Counted from the stretch's first letter, positions 54,244-64,000 are shown. The stretch is 64,000 nucleotides of DNA from an uncultured Trueperaceae bacterium (GCA_963727505.1 CAVSGP010000010.1:1-64000); one strand, 5' to 3'. Program-made: numbers and translations. Notes: generated by a model not told the origin, from the sequence alone.

Positions 54244-56127
54244 CTAGCGTCTCAGGAAGCGGAGCAGCTGCCGGATCTCCGGCAGCCCCAGGAGCGCGCC
54301 CACCAGAGCGTAGGCGCCCGCCACCACCGCCGTGCCCACACCCACCTGCGCCAGCGAGCCGAGCCAGCCGGCGGGCAGCGACACCGCCCGCAAGACCATC
54401 ACGGCGGCCACCGACGCCAGCAACCCCGCCAGCCACACCCGCGCCAGATAGCGCAGGTAGGCGCCGAGCGCGAAGTGCTCTCGCCCGTACACCAGGGCGG
54501 TGAGGACGCCGAGCTGGATCCAGGACGCGAGGACGGTCCCCCAGGAGAGACCGGCGATGCCGTAGGGCCGTACCAGCAGCACGTAGAGCGCTCCCTGCAG
54601 CACCAGGAAGGTCAGCACCAGCACCACCGGTGTCACGACGCGCTGGCGCACGTAGAAGACGCGCACCAGCAGGTTGAACATGCCGAGCGGGAACACGGCC
54701 AGCCCGAGCGGCGCGGTCGCCGCCATCGAGAGGGTGAGCCGGGCGGCATCGAGGCCGGGGCCGTAGAGGCTCTTCCAGTTGAAGATGACCTCCACCGCGG
54801 GCGTCGCCATGATCGTCAACGCCAGGCCGGCGGGCACCGTCAGGAAGGTGATGAAGCGCATGCCCTGCTCGAGGGTGTCGTTGAACTCGTGCGGATCGCG
54901 CACGGCGTTGTCGGCGAGGCGCGAGTAGTAGGCGAGCGCCGGCGAGATGCTGAACAGCCCGAGCGCCAGGCTGAGGAACAGGTCGGCGTTGTAGAAGGCG
55001 GTCTGGGCGCCGGCCGCGATGTTGGTGACGACGTTGGACGCCACCACGTTGAGCACCTGCCGGCCGCCGGTCGTGAAGGCGAACGGCAGCATCAGGAGCA
55101 CCACGCTTCCCACGGCGGGGTGCCATAGGCCGGCCAGGCGCGGAAGCAGCTTGAGGCGCACCAGCGCCGGGATCTGCACGACGAGCTGCGCCACGCCGCC
55201 GAGCACGTGGGCGACCGTCAACATGATCGCCTGCCCCGGGAAGAGCGCCATCAGCGCGACGGTCACGACGTTGAGCGCGACGGGCGCCCACGCCGGCGCC
55301 AGGAAGCGCTCCTCGGCCTGCAGGATGCCCATGGCCAGGGCCGAGAAGGAGATCGCCGGCAGGAACGGGAACACGATGCGCACCAGCTGGGCGGTGAGAG
55401 CGACATCGACGTTGGCGGGGTCGGCGATGAGCAGCCGCGCCAGCAGCGGCGCCGTGACGTACGCGAGCAGCATGAGCAGCCCGTTGACGAGCGTGAGCAG
55501 GCCCAGCAACGCACCCGACAGCCGGCGCTGCTCGGCCCGATCGAGCGTCGCGTAGACCGGGATGAACGAGTTGGTCAGCGCGCCCTCGGCGAGCAGCTCG
55601 CGGAACAGGTTGGGCACCTTGAAGGCGGTGATGAAGGCGTCGCTGATCTCCTTGCTGAACAGCGCGTTGAGCAGGGAGTTGCGCACCAGCCCGGTGACGC
55701 GGCTGGCGAGCGTGCCACCCATCATGACAAGGGCGCCGTGGGCTGACGAGCGCCGCTCGCGCGGCTGGGCGCCACCGCCGAACAGCGCGTCGTGGTCGGC
55801 GTCGTGCGCGGTGTCCGGGACGGTGCCAGGGTTGGCCGCGAGCGGGGCGGGCGGGTGCGCGCGGTCGGGCGTCGCGGGGGCGAGGGTTCCGGGGACCGCG
55901 GTTCCAGGGACCGCGGTTCCTGGGACCAGCGTCGCGGGGGCCAGCGTCGCGATGTCGTCGGGATCGAGGTCGATGTGGCGGCGCGAAGGCTCAGCGGGTG
56001 TGTTCTCGCCGGCGCGGTTCTCGCCGGAGTCGTTCTCGCGCCGGTCGTTCTCGCGCCGGTCGTTCTCGCGCCGGTCGTTCTCGCGCCGGTCGTTGTCGTC
56101 AGGAGCGCGCTCGCCCACGTCGGTCAT
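54244..56127 (-). CDS. murJ: Lipid II flippase with low-complexity N-terminal extension; start uncertain
   Basis: SRVTGLVR, AFKVPNLFRELLAEGAL..SFIP. Confidence 0.92.
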   Translation of the reverse strand: MTDVGERAPDDNDRRENDRRENDRRENDRRENDSGENRAGENTPAEPSRRHIDLDPDDIATLAPATLVPGTAVPGTAVPGTLAPATPDRAHPPAPLAANPGTVPDTAHDADHDALFGGGAQPRERRSSAHGALVMMGGTLASRVTGLVRNSLLNALFSKEISDAFITAFKVPNLFRELLAEGALTNSFIPVYATLDRAEQRRLSGALLGLLTLVNGLLMLLAYVTAPLLARLLIADPANVDVALTAQLVRIVFPFLPAISFSALAMGILQAEERFLAPAWAPVALNVVTVALMALFPGQAIMLTVAHVLGGVAQLVVQIPALVRLKLLPRLAGLWHPAVGSVVLLMLPFAFTTGGRQVLNVVASNVVTNIAAGAQTAFYNADLFLSLALGLFSISPALAYYSRLADNAVRDPHEFNDTLEQGMRFITFLTVPAGLALTIMATPAVEVIFNWKSLYGPGLDAARLTLSMAATAPLGLAVFPLGMFNLLVRVFYVRQRVVTPVVLVLTFLVLQGALYVLLVRPYGIAGLSWGTVLASWIQLGVLTALVYGREHFALGAYLRYLARVWLAGLLASVAAVMVLRAVSLPAGWLGSLAQVGVGTAVVAGAYALVGALLGLPEIRQLLRFLRR

Positions 56128-56197
56128 TGTCGCACGGGCGGCGTTCCGGAGCTCATGGGGTGGTGCGGGCGCCTGCGCCGGGCGCATCGGAGGACCC

Positions 56198-56279
56198 GAT
56201 GTTCAGGCTGGCTTTCGACGCAGAGTCGGGGCGGGAAGGGGGGGTGCGCGGACCCCCGGGGACCCAAGGTACAGCCCCG
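56198..56279 (-). repeat. Dispersed inverted-repeat element, copy 1
   Basis: Similar to copies at 56447, 61215 and 61401. Confidence 0.55.
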
Positions 56280-56446
56280 TGCTACATGTTCGAGTCCGGA
56301 GAGCCGGCCCCGCCGCCAACGCGCGTGCTGGCCGGCTCTCCTGGCCACCAACGCCACAGGGCCGGGCGCTGGCGAAAGCCACGTTTCCCCCGGCACCTGC
56401 GCAGCCCTGGGCTCGAACCGCGTGCCGGGCCGCCCCCGGCACGCGC

Positions 56447-56502
56447 CGTTCAACCGGCCTTTACCTTCGGAGGAGGGGGTTCGGGGACCCCCCTGCCCTC
56501 CC
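56447..56502 (+). repeat. Dispersed inverted-repeat element, copy 2
   Basis: CGTTCAACCGGCCTTTACCTTCGGAGGAGGGGG...CCCCCC. Confidence 0.6.
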
Positions 56503-56545
56503 GCGCGCGCCGCGATACGGGCGCCAGGACCCAGCGCCTGGGGGC

Positions 56546-56923
56546 TCAGTCCTGCAGTTGCTCGAACGCTTCCTTGGGGAAGACCTCGACGGCGGGCTGC
56601 ACCTGGGGATCGGGCGCGGGGCCGGTATCGGACCAGCCCTCGGACTCCAGCGTCTTCAGCGGGCGCACCGTCATGTCGTGCGTGCAGCGGATCTGGCAGG
56701 ACAGCCGGACCTGCCCGAGCAACTCCTTCTCCTGGAGCTTGTCGTGCTCGGCGCGGGTCATGACGCCGGGCTCGCCCCGGTCGAACACCACCCGGCAGGT
56801 GGTGCAGCGCGCCTTGCCGCCGCAGCGGTGTCCGATGTGCACGCCGGCCTGCTCGATGGCCAGCACCAGGCGCTTGCCTTCGTCGACCTCGATGGTCGTG
56901 TCGTGGACGGTGAGCTTGGGCAT
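56546..56923 (-). CDS. 2Fe-2S ferredoxin
   Basis: HRCGGKARCTTC...RLSCQ; RBS GAGGAGG. Confidence 0.9.
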   Translation of the reverse strand: MPKLTVHDTTIEVDEGKRLVLAIEQAGVHIGHRCGGKARCTTCRVVFDRGEPGVMTRAEHDKLQEKELLGQVRLSCQIRCTHDMTVRPLKTLESEGWSDTGPAPDPQVQPAVEVFPKEAFEQLQD

Positions 56924-56986
56924 CGATCCTCCTCGTGCCGGCCTGGCCGCCGGCCGCCCCAACCTAACGCGGGCGGGGCGCGCCTG

Positions 56987-58489
56987 TCACGCGGGATCGA
57001 GGCGGCCGGCCACCTCGCGCCCCACGGCGCGCGCGTCGTGTACGCAGTCGTTGAGTCCGATGCCGCGGTAGGCATTGCCGGTCAGCGCCAGACCGGGCAC
57101 CGACCCGGCGGCCTCGGTGGCGGCTTCCACCCGGTCGAGGTGGCCGAGGGTGTACTGCGGGATGCCGCGGCGCCAGCCCACCACATGCGCCATCGTCGGC
57201 TCGGCGGCGACGCCGAGGCTGGTGCGGAGGTCGGCGCGCACCGCGTCGATCGCCTCGTCCTCGTCGAGATCGAGGAAGCCGGGGTCGCGCATGCCGCCCG
57301 CCAGCGAGCGCAGCAGCACCATGCCCTCGGGAGCCTGGGGCGGGAACAGCGTCGACGTCCACAGCGAGCCGAGAATGCGCAACCCCTGCCCCGGGGGAAC
57401 CAGGAACCCGAAGCCGTCGAGGGGCCGGGGCACGGCGGAGCGCGGGAATCCCAGCGCCACCACCCGGATGCCCGCGTAGGGGATGGCCTCGAGCGGGCCC
57501 GCCGCGTCCGGCGCGACGCCCCGGAGCAGTTCGGCCGCAACGTACGCCGGCGTGGCGACGATGACGGCATCGGCCTCGACGATCCTGGGCACCGGCCCGC
57601 TACCGTCCCGACCCCGACCGTCACCACCCCGACCGTCACCACCCGACGTCACCACCCGCAACCGCCGCTCGCCGCCGCGCTCGATGGTCTCCACGCTCAC
57701 GCCGAGGGCCACGTCGCCGTGCGCGACGCCGCGCAGCGCTTCGGCCAGCGCCTGTGTGAGCCGCCCGGCTCCGCCGCGGCGGAAGCTCGTCAGCCGGCCG
57801 CCCGGCCCGGACGGTCCGCCCGCGACCCGTCCCCCGCTCTCGCCGCGCGCCTTCGCCGCCTTACGAGCGCGCTGCTGCGCGAGCATGCCGCGCACCAGCC
57901 CGCCGTGTTCGGCCTCCAGCCGGTGCATGCGCGGGAACAGCGCCTGCAGGCTCGACTGCCGGGCGTCCCCCGCCGACACGCCGGCGACCATCGGGGCCAC
58001 CATCACGTCAGCGAACTCGCGGCCCAGCCGGCGCGCGGCGAAGCCGTGCACGCTCTCCTCGCGGCGCGGGTCGGCGGCCGGCAGGAACGGCTCGAGCACC
58101 ATGCGCGCCTTGGCCAGCGGTGACAGCAGCGGCGAGCGCAGCAGCGCCCCTGCTCCCGTAGGCACCGGCACCAGCCGACCGCCGAAGAACAGGAAACGCT
58201 TGCCGGCGGCCTCGGAGGCCGGCAGCAACTCGTCGTGCAGCCCGAGCTCGAGGCTCAGGTTGTAGGCATCGGGGACGTTGGTGAGGAACCCGTTGGGCCC
58301 GCGATCGACCAGGAAGCCGTCGACGGCGTCGCTGGTGGCGGTGCCGCCGACGCGGTCCTCGCGCTCGAGCACCATCACCTCGACATCGGGCCGCTCCTGG
58401 CGCACCTGGAACGCGGCCGTGAGTCCGGAGATGCCACCCCCCACCACCACGACGCGCGGCCTCCCGGAGGCCGCTCCGCGGGTCGTCAT
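56987..58489 (-). CDS. hemY: FAD-dependent protoporphyrinogen/coproporphyrinogen oxidase (HemY family)
   Basis: GGGISGL, GPNGF, GFGFLVP, IPQY.LGH, GNAYRGIGLNDC. Confidence 0.9.
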   Translation of the reverse strand: MTTRGAASGRPRVVVVGGGISGLTAAFQVRQERPDVEVMVLEREDRVGGTATSDAVDGFLVDRGPNGFLTNVPDAYNLSLELGLHDELLPASEAAGKRFLFFGGRLVPVPTGAGALLRSPLLSPLAKARMVLEPFLPAADPRREESVHGFAARRLGREFADVMVAPMVAGVSAGDARQSSLQALFPRMHRLEAEHGGLVRGMLAQQRARKAAKARGESGGRVAGGPSGPGGRLTSFRRGGAGRLTQALAEALRGVAHGDVALGVSVETIERGGERRLRVVTSGGDGRGGDGRGRDGSGPVPRIVEADAVIVATPAYVAAELLRGVAPDAAGPLEAIPYAGIRVVALGFPRSAVPRPLDGFGFLVPPGQGLRILGSLWTSTLFPPQAPEGMVLLRSLAGGMRDPGFLDLDEDEAIDAVRADLRTSLGVAAEPTMAHVVGWRRGIPQYTLGHLDRVEAATEAAGSVPGLALTGNAYRGIGLNDCVHDARAVGREVAGRLDPA

Positions 58490-58490
58490 G

Positions 58491-60002
58491 TCACACGGTC
58501 CGCGAGAACGGCGACGGCCCTGTCGACTTCATCCGCAAGTAGCGGTCGAAGACCATGGCCACGTTGCGCGGCAGCAACTTGCCGAGCTCGGCCGCTTCGA
58601 TGCGGTCGGGACCGAAGCGGACCAGCCCCTCGTCGGCCAGCGGGACGAGCGCCTCCAGCTCGCGCGCGAAGTAACGGTCGAAAACGATGCCGTGGCGCGC
58701 CTCCAGGGCCCGCTTATCGATCCGGAAGTGGCACATCCAGTCGCGGATGAGCTGCTGGCGCACGCGGTCGTCCTCGTCGAGGCGGAAGCCGCGCGCCACC
58801 GGGAGGCGGCCGGAATCGACGACGTCCTCGTAGCGGTTCAGCTTCTTCTCGTTCTGCACGTAGGCGCCGCCCACCTCCCCGATGGCGGAGACGCCGAAGC
58901 CCACCATGTCGGGCGCGCGGGCCGTGGTGTAGCCCATGAAGTTGCGCCACAGGCGCCCGTCCTGTTGCGCGCGCACCAGCTCGTCGGTCGGCAGGGCGAA
59001 GTGGTCCATGCCGACGTCGACATAGCCGGCGCTCAGCAGGGACTCGCGCACCAGCTCCAGCAGGGCCAGCTTGGCCTCGCCACGCGGGATCGCCTCCTCG
59101 GGCAACGACCGCTGGTGGGCGTGCGTCTTGGGCAAGAAGGCGAACGAGTAGACGGCAAGCCGATCGGGCCGCAGCTCGAGCACCTGCGCCAGCGTCCGCG
59201 CCAGGCTCACCGGCGTCTGGTAGGGCAAGCCGTAGATGAGGTCGAAGTTGGTGGAGCCGTATCCCAGACGCCTGGCGGCGTCCGTCAGGTCGGCCGTGTG
59301 CTCGACGCTCTGCACCCGGCCGATGCTGCGCTGCACCTCGGGATCGAAGTCCTGGACACCCATCGAGAGACGGTTGAAGCCGAGCGCCCCGAGGCGCTCC
59401 AGGTGCTCCACCGAAGTGACGCGCGGGTCGACCTCGAGGGCGACCTCGGCCTCCGGCAGGATCCGGAAGTGCCGGCGGTAGTGCTCCATCAGCGCGGCCA
59501 GCGCGTCGGGATCGTAGTAGGTGGGCGTGCCCCCGCCGAGGTGGAACTGCGCCACGTCCCGGCGCTCGCCGAGCAGCGGCGCCACCGCGTCGATCTCGCG
59601 GTACAGGCGGTCCAGATAGGCGTCGGCGACGGCCAGGTGGGGCGTGATCACGACGTTGCAGGCGCAGTACAGGCAGCGCTCGGCACAGAAGGGAAGGTGG
59701 GTGTAGAGCGCCAGCGGGAGTTCGGGCGTCTGCGCGGCGCGGGCCAGGGCGGCGCGGTAGTCGTCCTCGCCGAAACCGTCGCTGAACTCGACCGCCGTCG
59801 GGTAGGAGGTGTAGCGCGGACCCGGCCGATCGAGCCGGCGGACGCGCTCGAGCAGGTGGGCGCGCTCGCTGGAGCGCGCGGCATCGTGCGCCGCGCCCAT
59901 CCCGACCCCCCGGTCGAACCGGTCGGAGCTGCCCTCGATCCCGCCTCCACGGCGTTCGCCGTCGTGCCAGGCGTCGTTGGGCGTGCGTTTCGGAGTCGTC
60001 AC
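58491..60002 (-). CDS. hemN: Oxygen-independent coproporphyrinogen III oxidase (radical SAM)
   Basis: GPRYTSYPT, HLPFC...CLYC.C, GMDHFA, RNFMGY. Confidence 0.94.
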   Translation of the reverse strand: MTTPKRTPNDAWHDGERRGGGIEGSSDRFDRGVGMGAAHDAARSSERAHLLERVRRLDRPGPRYTSYPTAVEFSDGFGEDDYRAALARAAQTPELPLALYTHLPFCAERCLYCACNVVITPHLAVADAYLDRLYREIDAVAPLLGERRDVAQFHLGGGTPTYYDPDALAALMEHYRRHFRILPEAEVALEVDPRVTSVEHLERLGALGFNRLSMGVQDFDPEVQRSIGRVQSVEHTADLTDAARRLGYGSTNFDLIYGLPYQTPVSLARTLAQVLELRPDRLAVYSFAFLPKTHAHQRSLPEEAIPRGEAKLALLELVRESLLSAGYVDVGMDHFALPTDELVRAQQDGRLWRNFMGYTTARAPDMVGFGVSAIGEVGGAYVQNEKKLNRYEDVVDSGRLPVARGFRLDEDDRVRQQLIRDWMCHFRIDKRALEARHGIVFDRYFARELEALVPLADEGLVRFGPDRIEAAELGKLLPRNVAMVFDRYLRMKSTGPSPFSRTV

Positions 60003-60008
60003 GGGCCC

Positions 60009-60051
60009 AGTCTAGGTGCGCCCCGGAGGGGGCCGTTGGGACAAATGTCCC
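60009..60051 (-). promoter_or_regulatory. GGGAC-N4-GTCCC box plus -10 element of hemN (leaderless)
   Basis: GGGACATTTGTCCC, 23 nt, TAGACT, 6 nt, GTG. Confidence 0.7.
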
Positions 60052-60219
60052 TCCGGGCGTACGGCGCTCGGACCGGGTCGCAAGCCAAGCCTGCCTAGGC
60101 TCCTGCCGAGGGCGCTGGCCGGGCCCGGAGCGTGCGGGTGCATGCTGGCCGCAAGCGGGGGCGCACTTCACTCGGGAGGTCCATCGCGCCCCCGCCCCCC
60201 CTCCCCGATCCCGTGCCGC

Positions 60220-61215
60220 ATGCCCGATCACGACGCCCTCCTCCACACCGCGCACCTGCAGTGGGGCTACGTCACGATCACGCAGGCCCAGGCCGCCGGC
60301 TTCAGCCGCCAGCTGTGCAACTACTACTGCCGCAAGGGCTCCTGGTACCACGTGGCCCGCTCGATCTACCGCATCCGCGCTGTCCCCGAGCGGGCCGACG
60401 AGGACCTCGTGCGGCTGAGCCTGCTCGCGCGCGACAAGCGCGGCCGACCGGCAGGCGTGCTCTCGCACCACACCGCTCTCTACCTCCACGGCATGCTCGA
60501 CGAGCGGCCGGCCGCGGTGCACCTCAGCCTCGACCCCCTCTCCCGCCCGTTCGAGCCGGAGGGCGCGGTCGTGTTCCATCGCCGGATCGATCTGCCCTGG
60601 CGCGTGGCGGGGCTGCCCACCAATCCGGTGGTCGCCGTGACGCCACCGGAGTATCGCGACGTACCGCAGCCGCAACGCGACCCCTGGGCCGAACCCTGGA
60701 ACGCCCGCGCGAACGCCACCGGCCCGCCCGACGCGGGGCGCCACCCCTCGCTCCCGGCCGAGGACATCGAGGACCGCGGCAGCTTCCGCGTCACCACCCC
60801 GCTCCGCTCCGTCGTCGACGCCATGGCCTGGCGCCGTCACCACGACCTCTCCGACATCGTGGAGCGCGGCCTGCGGCTCGGGCTCTTCGACGTCGACGCC
60901 TACCTGAGCGGTATCGAGGGCCTGCTGAGGTTCCCGGGCGAACGCGCCATGTGGGAGCTGCTGCGGGCCGTCCGCGCGCGGGCAGACACGGTGGTGCACG
61001 ATCTCGAACGGGTCCGCCTTCGCATCCTGTCGGTGCAGCACAGCAGCCAGGCCCGCTTCGGCCGGTCCGGGGCGGCCTACGACGGGGTCGACGAGCGCAT
61101 CGGCGATCGCATCGATCGCGTCCGCGACGCTGCGGAGGCCGCGTTTGAGGGGGCGGTTGAGGGGGCGGTTGAGGGAACGGCGGAGGAGCCTGGCGACGAT
61201 GGTACGGGGCGGTAG
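60220..61215 (+). CDS. AbiEi-family (type IV antitoxin-like) domain protein
   Basis: A..QWGYVT..QA..AG, W..VAR.IYR, LSHHTAL.LHG, VTTPLRSVVD. Confidence 0.7.
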   Translation: MPDHDALLHTAHLQWGYVTITQAQAAGFSRQLCNYYCRKGSWYHVARSIYRIRAVPERADEDLVRLSLLARDKRGRPAGVLSHHTALYLHGMLDERPAAVHLSLDPLSRPFEPEGAVVFHRRIDLPWRVAGLPTNPVVAVTPPEYRDVPQPQRDPWAEPWNARANATGPPDAGRHPSLPAEDIEDRGSFRVTTPLRSVVDAMAWRRHHDLSDIVERGLRLGLFDVDAYLSGIEGLLRFPGERAMWELLRAVRARADTVVHDLERVRLRILSVQHSSQARFGRSGAAYDGVDERIGDRIDRVRDAAEAAFEGAVEGAVEGTAEEPGDDGTGR

Positions 61216-61262
61216 GGGGGGCTCGCGCAGACCCTCCTTCGAACGTAAAGCCTGGTTGAACG
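61215..61262 (-). repeat. Dispersed inverted-repeat element, copy 3
   Basis: Minus strand CGTTCAACCAGGCTTTACGTTCGAAGGAGGG...CCCCCC. Confidence 0.6.
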
Positions 61263-61400
61263 TTTGCAGCCGCCGCCGGGATCCGGGCCGGACGCCAACG
61301 GCTCGCTCGACCCCCGATCGCTCCGCGACCCGGTTCCTGCCACGTCCACGCCGATGACCGCATACGCGTCCCTCACGCGCGCTCAGTCCTCGGCTCAGAG

Positions 61401-61483
61401 CGAAAGCCAGCCTTTACCTTCGGAAGAGGGGGCCCGCGCACCCCCTCCCCCTCCTCCGCCACCGCGAAAGCCGAGCTTAACGT
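61401..61483 (+). repeat. Dispersed inverted-repeat element, copy 4
   Basis: GCCTTTACCTTCGGAAGAGGGGGCCCGCGCACCCCC...CGAAAGCCGAGCTTAACGTC. Confidence 0.6.
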
Positions 61484-61583
61484 CGCCCCCCGCGGCAAGA
61501 CACCGTGCACGCCCCCGAACCCGCCCCCGAACCCACCGCCTACCGCGGCCCCGGTAAGCTGGGGCGATACGAAGGAGGGTTCG

Positions 61584-61991
61584 ATGAAAGAGAGCATCCT
61601 CCGAGCGGCAGCGATCGCATCGCTCGCCCTCGCGCTCATCATGTCCGTCACCACCTGGATCGGCGTGAGCACCTCGTCGCAGCGTGGCAGCGTCCTGATC
61701 GGTTTCTTCGAGTTCGCGCTCATCCTGTTCCTGGGAGCGGTGGCGTGGGCCTTGTTCAATGCGTTCGCCGACATCGTGACGAGCCGCAACACGCTCGAGA
61801 TGCTCACCGTGCGCCTCGTCAAGCTCGAGGAGGCCGTCGCCAGGATCGCGCCCGCCACCGACGCACCCGCCACCGACGCACCCGCCACCGACGCACCCAC
61901 GACCGACGCACCCACGACCGGGTCGACACCCGAGGCCGCCACCCAGAACGCGTCCGCGCCCCGTTCCCTGGAAGGAGACGAGCCGCGATGA
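61584..61991 (+). CDS. Hypothetical two-TM membrane protein with (A/T)TDAP repeats
   Basis: RBS AAGGAGG; two hydrophobic helices; ATGA overlap with the next gene. Confidence 0.7.
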   Translation: MKESILRAAAIASLALALIMSVTTWIGVSTSSQRGSVLIGFFEFALILFLGAVAWALFNAFADIVTSRNTLEMLTVRLVKLEEAVARIAPATDAPATDAPATDAPTTDAPTTGSTPEAATQNASAPRSLEGDEPR

Positions 61992-62803
61992 TCCATCCCA
62001 CCGTGCAGGGCACCTCCGTCCCCGCCCTCGGCTTCGGCACCTTCCGGCTGCCCGGCGACGACTGTCGCGAAGGCGTCGAGCACGCGCTCGAGATCGGTTA
62101 CCGCCACATCGACACCGCGCAGGGCTACCACAACGAGGAGTTCGTCGGCGAGGGGCTGCGGCGCGCCGGCGTCTCGCGCGAGGACATCTTCCTGGTCTCC
62201 AAGGTCTCCCCCGACAACTACGCCGAGGACCGCGCCGGCACCAGCACCCTCGAGAGCCTGCGCAAGCTCGGCACCGATTACGTCGACCTGATGCTGCTGC
62301 ACTGGCCCAACCCCGACGTCCCGCTGGAGGAGCCCCTGACCAGCCTCGCGCGGCTACAGCGCGAGGGCGCGGTGCGTCACATCGGCGTAAGCAACTTCCC
62401 GCCCAGTCTCGTCGAGCAGGCGCGCGGCGTCACGACGCTCTACTGCAACCAGGTCGAGTACCACCCCTACCTGTCGCAGACCAAGCTCCTCAAGCAGGCG
62501 CGCAAGCACGATCTGCTGCTCACCGCCTACTGCCCCATCGCGCGCGGCAAGGTCCTGCAGGACCCGGTGCTGCGCGACATCGGCGCGAAGTACGGCAAGA
62601 CGCCGGCCCAGGTGACGCTGCGCTGGCTGGTGCAGCAGGAGCGCGTGGCCGCCATCCCCAAGTCGGCGCACGCCCAGCGGCGCATCGACAACTTCGACAT
62701 CTTCGACTTCGAGCTCACCGCCGACGAGATGAAGGCGGTGTTCGCACTCGATCGCGACGAACGGCTGGTCGATCCCGCCGGCGGCCCCGACTGGGAGCGC
62801 TGA
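61988..62803 (+). CDS. Aldo/keto reductase
   Basis: GFGT, GYRHIDTAQGY.NE, DLMLLHWP, IGVSNF, IPKS. Confidence 0.94.
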   Translation: MIHPTVQGTSVPALGFGTFRLPGDDCREGVEHALEIGYRHIDTAQGYHNEEFVGEGLRRAGVSREDIFLVSKVSPDNYAEDRAGTSTLESLRKLGTDYVDLMLLHWPNPDVPLEEPLTSLARLQREGAVRHIGVSNFPPSLVEQARGVTTLYCNQVEYHPYLSQTKLLKQARKHDLLLTAYCPIARGKVLQDPVLRDIGAKYGKTPAQVTLRWLVQQERVAAIPKSAHAQRRIDNFDIFDFELTADEMKAVFALDRDERLVDPAGGPDWER

Positions 62804-62894
62804 GCCGGCGCCCCGCTCCCAAGAACACCGCCCCCAAGCGCCCCCCAAGCGCACCGGCGGCCGGCCGAGCGGCCCGCCGCTCCGCCACGCCCCT

Positions 62895-63224
62895 CTACCC
62901 CCCGGGCAGCACCCAGAGCGCCAGCCATAGCACGCCCATCCCGACCGCCAGCGTGAAGGGCACGCTGCGGGTGCGGTAGGCGACCAGCGCCGCCGCCGTC
63001 CCGGCGACGAGCTGCGCGGTCTGCAGCGCACCCCAGGGCGCGCCCAGGTCGACGAACACCGGAAGCACCAGCGCGGCCAGCACCGCGGGCGGCACGAAGT
63101 CGAGCGCCCGCTTGAGCATCGGCGGCAACGACAGGCGGTCGCCCAGGAAGAGGAACGAGGCGCGGAAGAGATAAGCGGCCAGCGCCATCCCCAGCGCCAC
63201 GATCCAGAAAGCCGCGGGGCTCAC
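62895..63224 (-). CDS. azlD: AzlD-family branched-chain amino acid exporter small subunit
   Basis: ALDFVPPAVLAALV; overlaps azlC. Confidence 0.85.
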   Translation of the reverse strand: MSPAAFWIVALGMALAAYLFRASFLFLGDRLSLPPMLKRALDFVPPAVLAALVLPVFVDLGAPWGALQTAQLVAGTAAALVAYRTRSVPFTLAVGMGVLWLALWVLPGG

Positions 63225-63934
63225 CGGCTCGCCTCCCCGGCGGCGGTCCGCCGCTCGCGGCCGTCGCTCATCGTGCCGACGGCGATCCCGGCGAGCGAAC
63301 CCAGCAGCATCCCGAGGTTGAGCGGCAGGCCCGCCAGCAAGACGGCGAGGACGCCGCCCACCGACGCGGCCAGGACGGTCGGACGGCCGCGCAGCGCGCC
63401 GGCCAGCAGCGACAGGAACACCAGCGGCACCGCGAAGTCGAGATGCCAGGAGGGCGGCACCACCGTGCCGAGCAGCGCGCCGGCCACGGCCGAGGACGTC
63501 CACACGAACCACATCGGCATCCACGACGCCAGCAGGTAGCCCAGCACGCTGGTGGGCGGCGCGGCCGACTCGAAGCGGTGCACGGCCAGCACGAACCCCT
63601 GGTCGGTGGTGAAGAACGCGATGAAGAACCGCCACAGGCGCGGCACGCCGCCCAGGTAGCGCGACAGCGAGGCGCTGTACATGGTGAAGCGCAGGTTGAT
63701 CATGGTCGTGGTCGCGAGGATGACCAGCACGGGCGCGCCCACCTTGATGAGCTGGTAGGCCGCGAGTTGCGAGGCTCCCGCGAACACCAGGTACGGCATC
63801 ACGATGGCCTGCAGCTTGTCGAGGCCCGCCTGCACCGCCGCCAGCCCCGTGATCGCCCCGAACGGGATGACCGCGAGGGCGATGGGGACGCCGTCGCGCA
63901 GGCCAAGGGCGACGGAGCGGCGATCGACGGTCAT
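63221..63934 (-). CDS. azlC: AzlC-family branched-chain amino acid exporter
   Basis: FAGASQL, INLRF..YSAS, TDQ, LDFA. Confidence 0.9.
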   Translation of the reverse strand: MTVDRRSVALGLRDGVPIALAVIPFGAITGLAAVQAGLDKLQAIVMPYLVFAGASQLAAYQLIKVGAPVLVILATTTMINLRFTMYSASLSRYLGGVPRLWRFFIAFFTTDQGFVLAVHRFESAAPPTSVLGYLLASWMPMWFVWTSSAVAGALLGTVVPPSWHLDFAVPLVFLSLLAGALRGRPTVLAASVGGVLAVLLAGLPLNLGMLLGSLAGIAVGTMSDGRERRTAAGEASR

Positions 63935-64000
63935 GCGCACGAGTGTACCCGGCGCCCAGCGCCGGCGGGTCCGGCACGGCGGGCACGGCGGCGGGACCGG

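Overview
A very GC-rich bacterial chromosomal segment, most likely Deinococcota (Truepera-like). This is inferred from a DdrH-like gene, many apparently leaderless TAnnnT promoters and a yceD-rpmF-fabHDG-acpP-fabF cluster without plsX. Housekeeping genes include pxpA/pxpBC, mgsA, ppk1, mutM, hisA, the fab cluster, murJ, hemN and hemY/G. These are mixed with catabolic operons: a LacI-operator amidohydrolase/ArgH-paralogue/sugar-ABC operon, a PucR-linked 9-gene amine/acyl-amine catabolic operon, and a BadF kinase plus sugar ABC. There is also an ECF sigma/anti-sigma pair and two large surface lipoproteins. No CRISPR array, tRNA, rRNA gene or transposase was recognised. Several indels, some in essential genes, point to long-read assembly errors. 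Best leads: (1) an unannotated, highly structured ~230-nt RNA with its own promoter and terminator; (2) a DosR-like GGGAC-N4-GTCCC box exactly 23 nt upstream of a -10 element at three promoters (this RNA, hemN, a CoA-transferase); (3) a lipoprotein carrying thioester-domain (covalent adhesin) motifs; (4) a candidate N6-acetyl-beta-lysine scavenging pathway; (5) a matching ECF promoter pair; (6) a new ~85-bp inverted-repeat element family. All product calls come from motif recognition by eye, not database searches.
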